Shown in pieces: positions 13,271-28,982 of a DNA stretch of 64,000 nucleotides. The position numbers and the translations under genes were made by a program. Source of the DNA: Blasia pusilla (taxonomy: Eukaryota); the NCBI GenBank assembly GCA_050084515.1, contig CM114271.1:10478001-10542000 (forward strand). The letters are read 5' to 3'. The notes under the pieces are model-generated. The model searched no databases. It was not told where the DNA came from and saw only the letters and a list, made by a program, of their open reading frames with translations. How positions within the stretch are numbered: position 1 is the stretch's first letter; each line of letters starts with the position of its first letter.

Positions 13271-13957
13271 AAGCTAGCACGTATCAAGGCTAAGCTTGGG
13301 TCAACAGTACCATCCACATTTGGAAGATGATATGGCGCACAATTACGCACATGGTCCTTCCAAACAACTCCATCACGACCCTCCAACATGAGAACTCCAG
13401 AAGCTAACACCTTGCGCACTCGTAAAATAGTGCGTCATGCCGTCACATCCAACGTTTTCGGTGCAATGTGCTCCAAATAGACATAGTCCCCCACATGGAA
13501 CCTACAAATCGATGGTCGATAACCTCCACCCCGAATGGTTGCATACCGCAACGTATCCCTGTGTTGAGCAATGGCAAGATTCTCAAAGGCTGTTGGCATA
13601 ACTCTCCGAAAGAGCTCTGCCCGTTGAGAACACACTCTCATCCACATCTCTGGGTCATCAAGGTTCACCACCTCACTAGACTCCCAACGAATTGCTGCTG
13701 GCAAGTCTGGATCTTGGCCGTATAACAGAAAAGAAGGTGAGAAGGAAGCCAAGGATGCTTGGCGACTGAACCTATATCCCATGGCTAACCATGGCAACTG
13801 AATATCCCAGTCTCCAAGATGCCCCTTCTGTAGGCCATACTTGCGCAATGCCCTCTTCACCGTCTGAACCACACGCTCAGCCAAACCATCCGCCTCTGGA
13901 TGATCTTGAGACGTGGTCCTATGATCAATCAACGTCTTGTCACACAAGACCTCAAAC

Positions 13958-15097
13958 TGTAATGTATAAGAGTTTCTATTTTACAGTCGTTTTAATAAGT
14001 TCGATCCCCAAGAGGATCATTGTTTGATGAAAAGAGAGTTCGAAATTACAATTCTATTGTAATAGTTGTGTTAAAATGTATATGAGTTATATTCAATGTC
14101 TTATCAATATCTGCTGAACTTTCTTAGTACCAAAGGATCTTCTCTCGATTCACTCTAGTGGAATTGATAGCATGTTCAGGTAGATTTCCTCTCGATATCA
14201 AGAAACCTCACGAAGACCTCAACATGAAAGCTGGCTTCTCCTACTTTCGGAACTCAATCCGTCTCGGCAGGCTACACTCTGTCAAACAGATTTCCTACAA
14301 GTCATGTTGATTATTTCATTGATGAGAAAGGTTCGCCTGGTTCACTCTTCACTCTGCAGACCCAAAAAGAATACTCAGACATAAGCATTGCACATCAAAA
14401 TGAAGGAATGAGTGCTTTACTACTCCATCAAGAATGAGAAAGCTTCAAAGTGTTTTACAAGCTCGAGAGGGTACCACTCCCTTGCTCGGACCATTCCTGT
14501 AGCATAAGGACTTTGTAAGAGAATGATGATTATGGCTTCTGTCTTGCTTCTTAAATACTCGCTGGAGTAGAAGTGATCCAAAGATTCGAAGCGTTCTTGA
14601 TGAAGCTAGTGTCTCTTCACCATTTCTAACTACCTAGATCTATGGTTCTCTTAGCTTTTCCTACGATCCATGTGAATCCGCAGAACAAAATTGTCCTAAC
14701 TACCAATTTGATACAAAGGGTCGTGCCCCTTCCTAGTCTAACTGTTCTAATGTGCGTCGCTTGAAATCACAATCATTCTTAGCTTCGCTTCGCTGGTATG
14801 CTTCGTTATAGAGCAAAGCACTTCGTAGACAGAGCTTCGTTGAGCTTTGTTGAGCTTCGTTGACGTTCCGAAACTTCTTGCTGAGTCTTGAGACTTCGTT
14901 ATTGCATTTTCCTCTCCTCTAAGGCAAATCCTTGATCTTCCATCTCTCTGCCTTGTCCTAGGAGCTTTGTGATTCACTTTAATCTTACTCATTCCTCCTC
15001 ATAATAATAAATAATCATAATCATAATCATAATGTACAAGAGTCTTTGTTGAATAAAGAGATATATTCTTCAAAAGTACAAAATTTTGGGTATCACA
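13958..15097 (-). mobile_element. Solo LTR of the Athila-like family inserted in the integrase of DNMT-Gypsy copy 1
   Basis: Homologous to 5148-6359, with TG...CA ends. Flanks CAAAC/AAAAC are a 5-bp TSD with one mismatch. The host frame rejoins when it is removed. Confidence 0.88.
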
Positions 15098-15533
15098 AAA
15101 ACTCACCCTAAAACTGTGTACCTTGGTCGGTTAGCACTTCAGCTGGTGCACCAAAATGACTAAGCACTCTATCAAGAAACGCATACGCCGTTCCCTCACT
15201 TGCCTTGTCATCTAATGCCACCAACTCAACCCACTTGGAGAAGTGCTCCACCATCACCAACACATATCAATGATGTCGTACAATCAACGATAACGGTCCC
15301 GCAAAGTCCACACTCCAACGGTAACCCAACCCCATAATAGGCAAGGGGTGTAACTGTGGTGTAGGGGCATTGAATGATGCCCTCACCCGGTCACAAACCA
15401 TACAACGTGACACCAATTGCTGCACCTAAGTATGCATGCCACGCCACCAATACTGACCAAGCAGTAAGCTATATGTACGCTTTACCCCAAAATGTCCCAA
15501 CTCCTCATGGGCATGTCGCACAATGCGCTCTCT

Positions 15534-17390
15534 CTAAGCCAAATGCGGCACTACTTGTTGTCTACCATCCTCCCACATACGGAGAATACGTGTTCCCTCC
15601 AATCGATACCTCTTAGCACGTTGAAGAACACGGTCTCGCTCCTTGGCACTCACTATGCCTGGCACCCTACTGGTCCGTAGGAACTCCAACACCAACGCAT
15701 CATCATGAATATCATGCTGATCCGTACCACCATCTCCAACCTTAGGATCTGAAGGCTGGCCATCTATCCTCTGACTAGAGAAAGATGTCATGTGGTCCTC
15801 CATACTAGAGTCCACCCCTAACCAACATAAAAAGGCGAATGCATGCCAACCTGGCATTATCTCCTCATCAACCTCGCCATGCCATCTAGCCCCAGTTGCA
15901 TCCTCTTGGCTAGTACATGGGTTCCTACTCAACCCACCAGCATCAAGGTTGGCAACTCCAGGTCTATGTACCACTTGGAAGTCATACTCCTGTAAGATAA
16001 GAGCCCACCGTGCAAGCTTCCTTATAAGCTTGTCAGACTCCATCAACCACTTGAGCGGCTGGTGATTAGTAACAAGGGTAAACTCTTTGCCAAACAAGTA
16101 ACACCTAAAGTGTGCCATAGCCCACACTACTGCCAAGCACTCTCCCTCATATGAACTGTAGCGCGACTCCGCTGCATTATTCGAACGACTTGCATAGGCC
16201 ACCACAAACTCCATATGCTTATTATCATGTTGTGTCAACACCGCTCCAAGTCCCAACCTACTCCAATCAGTGTATAACTGAAATGGGTGCCCTCTGATAG
16301 GTCTCCTCAAGATAGGCGCCGCCACCAACTGGGCCTTGAGCTCCTCAAAAGCTCTCTCCTGATCATCTCCCCATTGCCACTCCTGATCTGATTTCAACAA
16401 TTGGTTCAAAGGCTTTGTCATAGTACTAAATCCCTTCACATACCTCTGATAGTAGTTCGCCAATCCCATGAATGCCCGAACTCTACTCACATCTACGGGA
16501 TGAGGAATAAGTGCAATAGCCTCCACCTTTGCTTGCTGAACTCCCAAACCACCTGGATAGATCACATGACCCAAGTACTCAACATCCTCATGGAAGAACT
16601 TACACTTTCCTGGATGCAAACGTAGACCATGAGCTTTCAACCGCTCAAACACAATCTGTAAATGTATCTAATGCTCCTCCACCGTGTTACTGAACACCAA
16701 GATATCATCAATGTAACATCGAACAAAATCCAACCCTGCTAGGATCCTGTCCATCACTCTCTGGAACTCCGCAAGTGCATTCTTCAACCCAAAGGGTAAG
16801 AATTTCCACTAGTACAAACAATCCTTGCCATGAGAGTTGACACCCCAAAATTTTGTCTTGGCCTTGTCACTCTCTCGAATTGGCAACTGATGATATCTTG
16901 CCCGATTATCCAAAGTACTGAAAATCTTTTCCTGTCCCACCACATCAAAGATCTCCTCAGGTGTAGGCATGGCATACCTATCAGCTTTGGTCTGCCGATT
17001 GATAGGACGGTAATCTCCACACAACAGCTCATCTGTGTAGTTGCCATGCACATCCTTTTTAGCAGGCATGACAATGGCTGATGCATACTCTCCATGCGAC
17101 AACTCCACTAATCCAGCCTCCAAAAGGTCCAACGTCCTACTCTGAATCATGTCCCTCTCCATATCACTATATCAGTAGGGACGACGGAAGATTGGCGTAT
17201 CACTAGCCAAATCAATCCGTATACTGGGTCCAACAAAAGCACCCAACTCCTTCATGCTAAAGGCAAAAAAAATCCTATCAGCACGTAGGAACTGTGTCAA
17301 GCGTCGTTTCTCACCTCCCGTAAGCTTGGGCCCAAGTAATTGCTCCCAAGTCTCCTCCATTGGCACACTAGAGAGAGAGGACGATGCCAT
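15534..17390 (-). pseudogene. RT and RNase H of DNMT-Gypsy copy 1
   Basis: CGDYRPIN, LPFGLKNA, YIDDILVFS (16690-16720), FQLYTDWS, SSYEGECLAVVW. Stops and frameshifts present. Confidence 0.92.
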
Positions 17391-17639
17391 TGGCTGCTAC
17401 GCAACCCCCTCACAAGATAGTACACCCTTAGTTACACCATTACCTGAACAAATAACTCCTCCACCAGCATGAGAAACCAACTCCACATGCCCAACCATTA
17501 CATCCCATTTACTCCAAGGATGCAAAATACTACTCTCCTCGCCCCCCGCCGATGCCTCTACCGTCCCGGTAGCCATTGAGCTCATCACAAGGGGTAGAAG
17601 ACACACAAACATAGTCCGAAATCGACTCTGCTCGGCCAT

Positions 17640-18600
17640 ACAAAGACTCAAAATCGAAGTCAAACAATTCAGGTCCATGGCCTGACCCAACACATGACGT
17701 CGTGAAGCCTCAGAAATGGAAGCAACCGCTATCACACCAGTAGCAAATCCCATCACACGCTCTCTCTCATCAGCGTTAGGCTCCACCAATTGTCGCACAT
17801 GAGAATCCCATACAAGCCCGAGACCACCTTCCCTGTAGGCATGTGACGAGGGAAAACTCATAAATGTGGGTAGTGCCATCCTAGGCTGGCCCACACGGTT
17901 CACCACTGCCATGGGTGACCGATCAATAACCCTCACCACCTGAGAAAGTCGCCCAATATCCAAGATACTATCCACTGTAAGGCAAGGATCCCGCCAGATC
18001 GCATCATATGCTCGACGTAGAACCTCCTAGGCAACAAGTTTGTCCACCATAAGCGTGGGCGATGTGCCTGTGATCAACTCGTTTGCATCCAACAACACCG
18101 CTGGTCCAATCCAAGACCGCACCTCATGAACACTCGCCATCATCCGGGTCCAAGTGTCATCCAACAATGGAACATTCTCCAGAATGTAAGCTCGAGCACG
18201 TGCCTGATGAACCTGAAGATGTCGTACCACCCGTAACATCTCCCAAAACAATCGAGACCTAGGGTCTTGTAATCCCTCACCATGACCAGCACGTGTATGA
18301 CCTTGACATGGCCATCCAGCAATCACCAAATCCACAAGACCAACCCTCTCAAGGTCCTGCGTCCCCAACAATGCAATGTGTGATGGCAAAGCACGCTGGT
18401 ACCCACGAATAGCTGATGGCGGCAACAACTCAGGATATCTCCGCATCAACTGACCAATATGCCGAGATGAGACTCTGTGTCCCGTCTCATCTCGCTCCAC
18501 ATACACGTATCTCCGCACAGGAATACCGGCCTGCAACACTGCAGCCAAACCAGTGCTAATCCCACCAAAGAGATCTAACACACAAATGCCCTCCGGCAGA
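17640..18600 (-). pseudogene. C5-cytosine DNA methyltransferase domain (DNMT3/DRM-like) within Gypsy pol, copy 1
   Basis: Motif I VLDLFGGI, motif II YVYVE, motif IV DLVIAGWPCQ, RSRLFWE, motif VI ILENV, motif VIII (frameshifted) RPRLWWTNL, motifs IX-X ERERVMGF...RRHVLGQAM. Confidence 0.92.
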
Positions 18601-21600
18601 TACTGCCATACAATGGGTTTAGTATCCAAAGGGGATAACCCAACTGGACCAGAAGTAGGAGTCCGCCTGGGGCCTCCTCTTCCTCGTGAGGTATAGTAGC
18701 CTCACACCAAGCCTCCTGCACTAGGCGATCAGCCTCCTGCACTAGGCGATCAGCCTCCTACCGTAGTGCACCACCTACACTCCAAAGTGGCACATCCAAC
18801 GATAAGGATGCCATTGCTGCAAAACTAGGGACCTCCTCTATCTCCTCATGCACAGAAGAATCCATAGGAGAAACATCACCCTCCAAAAAGTCTCATGGCC
18901 AAGTGACTACTCCACTAAAACCAGCCACAGATGCTAACACCGTTGGGGAAGACCCTCCTGGTCGAGCCCCACAAATAAATCTCACAGGAACTTGGCTCAT
19001 ATGTCCATCCCCTGTCTGCCAACCAGGTCTATAAGATGATGTCTCAGTCCAGTAATCCATCTCAAAACCCATTGAGTAAAATATTGCTCCTGCAACTAGT
19101 ACATCATACGACTCGGCTGATATGACCACTGGAGGTTCTCCCAACCGGGAGCTATCAGTCGCATGATCTGGTCTCAACTATACAGAGAACTTCTCCCGTG
19201 TCATGAATTGAGATCTATCATTGGCTCCTCCAAGTGATGTTTGAATCTGGAATGGGCAAGGCTCAAGCTCTGACCTCCAAATACTCAAACCAACACATGC
19301 CTCCTTTCCCAACATCAAAGGTTGGGCACCAAAGTCTAACAAGACTCTATCTGGTCTATACACTTGTCTTGTAGGACTCACCAATCAGAATATCCCATTC
19401 CAATTGTCCAACATACATACACCAGGTGTAAGCCTCTCACGATCAATGGCTGGCCGGGCTGGTAATGTATCCATCTTCGCCGCTGCTGCCTGCCAAGTAG
19501 CACTGGTACTCAATGCTACAATTGACATAGAGGGTCGCTCCACCGCAACACCCTCATCCATCTCAGCATGTGTAGCAATAACACCCCCACGTTCACACAA
19601 CGTGGCTGCTAGTTGAAATACAAGAGCTAAGTCAACTCCTAAAGCCATCAGCTCCGTGGTCGAAAAAAATGGGGATCCCAACACTGAAATTTCCATCCGC
19701 AATACTGCACTGGATGTTGCATCCGTGTCTACTACACACAATGTAGATGCCTTAGTCCCCACTGTCGGCTCAATAGGCTGCATAGGAACCATGGATGGAG
19801 TCCTAAGCACCTCAGACAACAAGAATGACTGGGGAAGCCTGGCCTGCCTCCCAGCCTCACCCCTCTGTGGGTCCAACTCCACAGTAGCACCACGTGGCTC
19901 TGACGCTCGAGTGGCTCCTCTCGTAACTATAGTTGATGCCTCAACCTGTGCTGCACTCGCCATATAAGAGAGATCATCCCCTCCATAAGAGGTGGAAGCC
20001 CCCTGCTCCCCAACGTGATCTATGCTGGATACCATCCATAATAGCCAACTTTTGCTCCAACTGCTCAATCCTGGCAGCCATAGCTGACTCTGTCGTAGTG
20101 GTAGGGGTAGCCACCGTAGGCTCTCCGACCACTAGTCCACCTCTACCACCCCTACCACCTCTACCACCTCTACCACCTCAGCCTCTCGGAGCTACTCCAC
20201 CACGGCCGCGGCCTGATCTCAACTCTGGATGAAGATCAAAGCAACGCTCTTGAGGATGACCTGGTCTCCCGCAATGATCACACTGAGTTGGGGCCGACTG
20301 AGGCCTATCCGTCTCCCATCCTCTTGGGGATAAAACTTCCTAACATGATCACCTCCACATATCCAACATGACTGTCCTTGCTGCGGGGCGGCAAATGAAG
20401 GCAATGGTCTCTACGCAAGTGTCCCTCTAGGACCTGACTGAGGTCGTGTGTACCCCCCACGACTCCCACTACTACTACGACCACCACTACTACGAGATTG
20501 TGAGGTGGGCTACTGAACACGAGAAGGAGTAGTTGTATCCCTACTAAATGCGGATGTCACCACTCTCTCCTTCACCATGTTAAGCTCAATCTTCTCAGAT
20601 AGAGCAAACACATGGGTCAATGTGGGTGAATCATCACTCATAAGAGTAGCATCACGTACCCTACGACGCAACTCTCTGTCCAAGATCCCATACCAAAACT
20701 GGACTGCTTGAACCTCAGTCACACCCTAGGTAACTGAAATCAAGCGTGGCATACAAGTGTATGCCTCACGAAGACTCTCACCAATCTTTCGCCCAAATTC
20801 TTGAAGACTCCTCAACTTCTCTGTCTTCACTCCCTGATAGTTCTTCTTCAACCTCTTGAAGAACTCTGCAACCGGGCTGAACGATGGTGGGGCACTAGTA
20901 CCTCCACTAGTACCCCCATTGGTACCTCCATGGGTACCTCCACTGGTACCCCCACTCTGGCTCGTACTCGTACCACTCAACGTTGGGTTGGCTGGCATAG
21001 TAGGAGCATTACTACCAATACCACCATGGGTGATAGACACATAGCTTGGAGACCAATATTGTCTCCACGCCTCAATCTCAACAACATGGTCCTTCCTAAA
21101 CTCATGGTAATAATCCATGGGTGGTCCCTCAATCTTTGAAACAACCCTTCCAAGCCAAGAAGGGTGTAAACAACGTATGCGTTCAACAACATGCATATCA
21201 CACCAGGTATCAAACTCCTGCATGAAGTACTCCAAGTCAATGGTGCCCACTGCACCCGAGTATCGTCGTGGGCCCTTCATGGCCCCATATATTCCGTCCA
21301 TGTCCCAAATCAATGGAGCTGCAACACTCGATAACAATGTAGAAGACTCGGTGTTTGGAACACCCTCGTCCTCCTCTTCATCAACCATCGGAAGTGGAAA
21401 AGGTAGCCAACACCTAAATCCACTCCGTGTGAAATCACTAGTGTCCACACCATGGTCCCCAACCAGACCACCTGACAGCTCCGTGATGACCAACGTTGAT
21501 GCCGCACCACCACTAAGTAACCAAGTGACGTCGATGTCACTGTAATATTCTAGCTCTACTAGCTGTGGGTGTAGGCAACCTAACCTGTCAACACCACAAG

Positions 21601-22981
21601 AAGCCTCCCACGGTCTACTGGTCATCACTCCAGCCTCACTACCGGTAGCATACAGGAGTAACACTACTCTGGAAATCAGCGTCAACCCTAACAATGGGCG
21701 CGTAAGCAAGAAACAACGATGGAGGGGATCCAAACAGAGGAAGTCCAACGACAACCCTCCAATCGCAAATGGAAATCAAGGTAACACAATCCACCAAACG
21801 TGGCACCCCTTGAATCCACAAAACCCACCACATAATTCTAACGCAATAGCTACTCCGCCGCAGGTCGATGACGTGCTAGTCGGACTCGCAGCACCTGAAA
21901 ATATCACCTGCATGGAGAGGCTACACTGTACTATGCGCTAGAAGTCCATCAACCAAAAACTTGAGATGCATAAAGCACCTAACATATCTCCAAACAACAC
22001 CAAATGAGCTACACTAGTGTGTATACTGGCATAGTTAAGAACTCAGCAGTTAAGAGTCTTCCAGGCAGAATAGCCCAAAGATGGGTGACCAGTTATGCAA
22101 CACTCAAATCACAATTCCTACAAAAATTCCTCACACCCAAGCAAGCAAGCTTGCTTGCTTGCTCCTTGCTCCTTACTCCGCCTCTCGCGCCTACTCGCCC
22201 CGAGCTACCACGAGTTGCCTCGAAGCCTTAAAACGCCAAGAAATGCCCCTATCGCCGCGTTCGCCACGCTTCGCCATGCTCCGCTATGGAGAGAGGCCCA
22301 ACCAGGGCGCCCCTAATGGGATAGGCGTCTCCAACAACGAACCAGTCACCAACCAACGAGCCCCTCCGATCTGCTGTCCACCATAGTAATTACTAGTCCG
22401 TGAAATTTCGATCAGCAATTACTCCACAAATCCTCAACCAAAATTGAATTTGTTTCAACCAGAATTCAATTGACCACCATAGCTATCTCTCCACAAAAAA
22501 TCAGCTACAACTGAGCTCCATACTCCGAGCTACAAATCAGACAAACTTGCTGTCCATACACCTCCAGAATCGCAAATCCGAGAACGCTTCCGCACAGATT
22601 CATGCACGCAGAAATCCGCAACGCTCCACACACTCAAGAATATAGCTTCACATGAGATCACAATACAAGTAGCAACAGGAACCTCTCACCCGATCTGGAT
22701 GAACTTCAACACAACTTCTGCACTCCAAGCTCTCCACATCAGAAAACCGTTGAACACGGACCAAAATCTTCAATCCTTGATAACTTCCAACTCCCTTGAC
22801 AAACTCTGGCGATCTAAAGCGCGTTGGAAAGCTCTCAGCAAGGCGTCTCTTTCCCAACCAACCACGCATCAGATTCCCACCTCCAAAATAGGCCACAAGC
22901 CATGAACATCCACGGCTGAGTACACAATCAGCCCTAACCAGATCCTAGTGATCCACAATCGAAGCTACCCTCGATCTACTC

Positions 22982-22994
22982 TAGTTCTTTGAGT
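22982..22994 (-). promoter_or_regulatory. Putative self-priming PBS (ACTCAAAGAACTA)
   Basis: Abuts repeat B, does not begin with a tRNA-type TGG, and is a 13/13 reverse complement of 12639-12651 in repeat B, ~30 nt downstream of a TATA-like motif. Confidence 0.7.
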
Positions 22995-23361
22995 GAAATC
23001 CGTGAAAGACCTACTGTCATGAAACACGTATAGAATCACATACAATTGAGCCAAACCCACTCCACGATGGGAGAATCCAGGTCGAAGCTTGCGGGATCCA
23101 CCATAGCCAAGAGCTCTACTCACTACCAAGGCTCACTCCCAACGCAACAGGCTCAACTCAAAGGACTAATTGTTCTTTGAGTGCAATCCACACTATATCC
23201 TCCAACCTAAGAGCGGGCTCTACTGGAAAAGTCACCCTCAACTGAGTAACCCCCAATCCTATGTATGAAACCGCATCTCTACCTAGACACTACGGCCCTA
23301 CATAAGGTATGGCCTCTACTAGCACAATATACTCTACGACATAATCCGGATGGTCATGACA
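22994..23361 (-). repeat. Repeat B, 5' copy
   Basis: Direct repeat of 12477-12844, not accompanied by repeat A. Confidence 0.92.
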
Positions 23362-24545
23362 AGGACTTCGAGTAGTCTTGTTCCAAGCCGTTGTGTCATT
23401 TTCATGGTAACATGGTGATACCTTTTCTTCCCACCATTGGATGGTGATGAATCTTTGCCTTAGCCTTGTCATTACATATTTCCACAACTTCAACGGTTCA
23501 AATCTGTCGTTTAAGCTCCCATGCTAATACCAAAAATCAAAAACCTCATTTAGGGTTTACAGTTTTTAATTCCATGTGTGAGTGGTCATTCGTAAATTTT
23601 CCTTTCCCCTATGTTCGTGGGGCTGGGTTGCCCCTTTGGGAAAAGTTTCATGATTTTTGGACTCATGGTTAAGCAAGAGGGGAGAAAATGGTGAATCAAG
23701 AAGAAGGACGAGGACTTTGAGTATTCTTGTTCCAAGCCGTTGTGTCATTTTCATGGTAACATGGTGATACCTTTTCTTCCCACCATTGGATGGTCATGAA
23801 TATTTTCCATAGCCCTGTCATGGGGGAGGATAGAAAAAGAGGTGTCAAGAAGGAGGATGAGTAGGATTCTTTTGAAGTCCTTATGGTTGTTTCATGTTAA
23901 TATGGTGTCAACGTTTGTTCCCACCGTTGGATGGTAATGAAACTTGGCACAGGCCTTGAAATAAAATCCCTCCACAATATGAACGGTTCAGATTTTTAGT
24001 TTAACCTCTAGAATAATACAACAAATTAAAGTCCTTATTTATCGTTTACAATTGGTAATTCAATGTGTGAGTGGTCTTTTGAAGTTTTTTTTTTAGTGTG
24101 TGTTCCTGGGGTTGGGGTGCCTTTGTGAGAAACTTCTCTTGTTTTTTTCACCCCTGGTCATGGGGGAGTATAGAAAAAGAGGTGTCAAGAAGGAGGATGA
24201 GGACATTGAGTAGGTTTCTTTTGAGGCCTTGTGGATGTTTCATGTTAATATGGTGTCAACTTTTGTTCCCACCATTGGATGGTGATGAAACTTGGCACAT
24301 GCCTTGAAATTAATTCCCTCCAAAACTTGAATGGCTCAGATCAGTCGTTTATCTCTCTAGGCTAATACAAAAAAAATTAGATTCTTATTTAGAATATATG
24401 ATTTTTAATTCAATGTGTAAGTGGTCTTTTGAGGTTTTTTCTTTTGGTTTGTGTTCCTAGGGTTGGGTGCCTCCTTGGGAAAATTTTCCTATTTTTTTTA
24501 CTCCTTGTTCACGGGGGAGGGTAGAAAAAGAGTTATCAAGAAGGA
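23362..24545. repeat. Degenerate tandem repeat, ~350-bp unit, about 3.5 copies
   Basis: TTCCCACCATTGGATGGTGATGAA-like core recurs near 23428, 23777, 23919 and 24267. 23362 and 23711 start near-identical blocks. Confidence 0.75.
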
Positions 24546-24746
24546 GACATGTTGCAGAATAAAAGTGTGTTTATGCTTTTGTAGCTTTGTGCCTAATCGG
24601 AGAGGACTGCCATGTGTTTGGCTCCCTCTCCCATTCTCTGCATGGCAACTTCTAAGATATGGTTTGATAGACAATGGCGGTGTTGCGATCTTAGGTCCTT
24701 TTAAATTACAGTCTGCCTTAGCTTGGCGACCATGGACCTACTGTGT

Positions 24747-28916
<4,170 letters not shown>

Positions 28917-28982
28917 CCTAGGGTTGCCTTAGGTCAAATCGTTCCCCAAGGATGAATGAATAAATAAATGAGTCACCCAATT

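Larger units (their letters stand above)
12371..23361 (-). mobile_element. DNMT- and PHD-carrying Ty3/Gypsy retrotransposon, copy 1, with split direct repeats (B-gag-PR-DNMT-RT-RH-INT-PHD-PPT-A-B-A)
   Basis: Domain fragments in order on the minus strand: gag ~19900-21500, PR 19178-19384, DNMT ~17640-18600, RT/RH 15534-17390, INT 13435-15400, PHD 13126-13270. A 368-bp repeat at 22994-23361 and 12477-12844, and a 104-bp repeat at 12847-12950 and 12371-12474. Confidence 0.9.

Noticed and set aside
18027-18629. Host DNMT3/DRM gene or bacterial contamination
   Set aside because: Intronless and embedded between PR and RT at the same position in two retroelement copies.
12371-23361. DIRS/Ngaro classification based on the split repeats
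   Set aside because: No tyrosine recombinase is visible; protease, Gypsy-type RT/RH and a DDE integrase are present.
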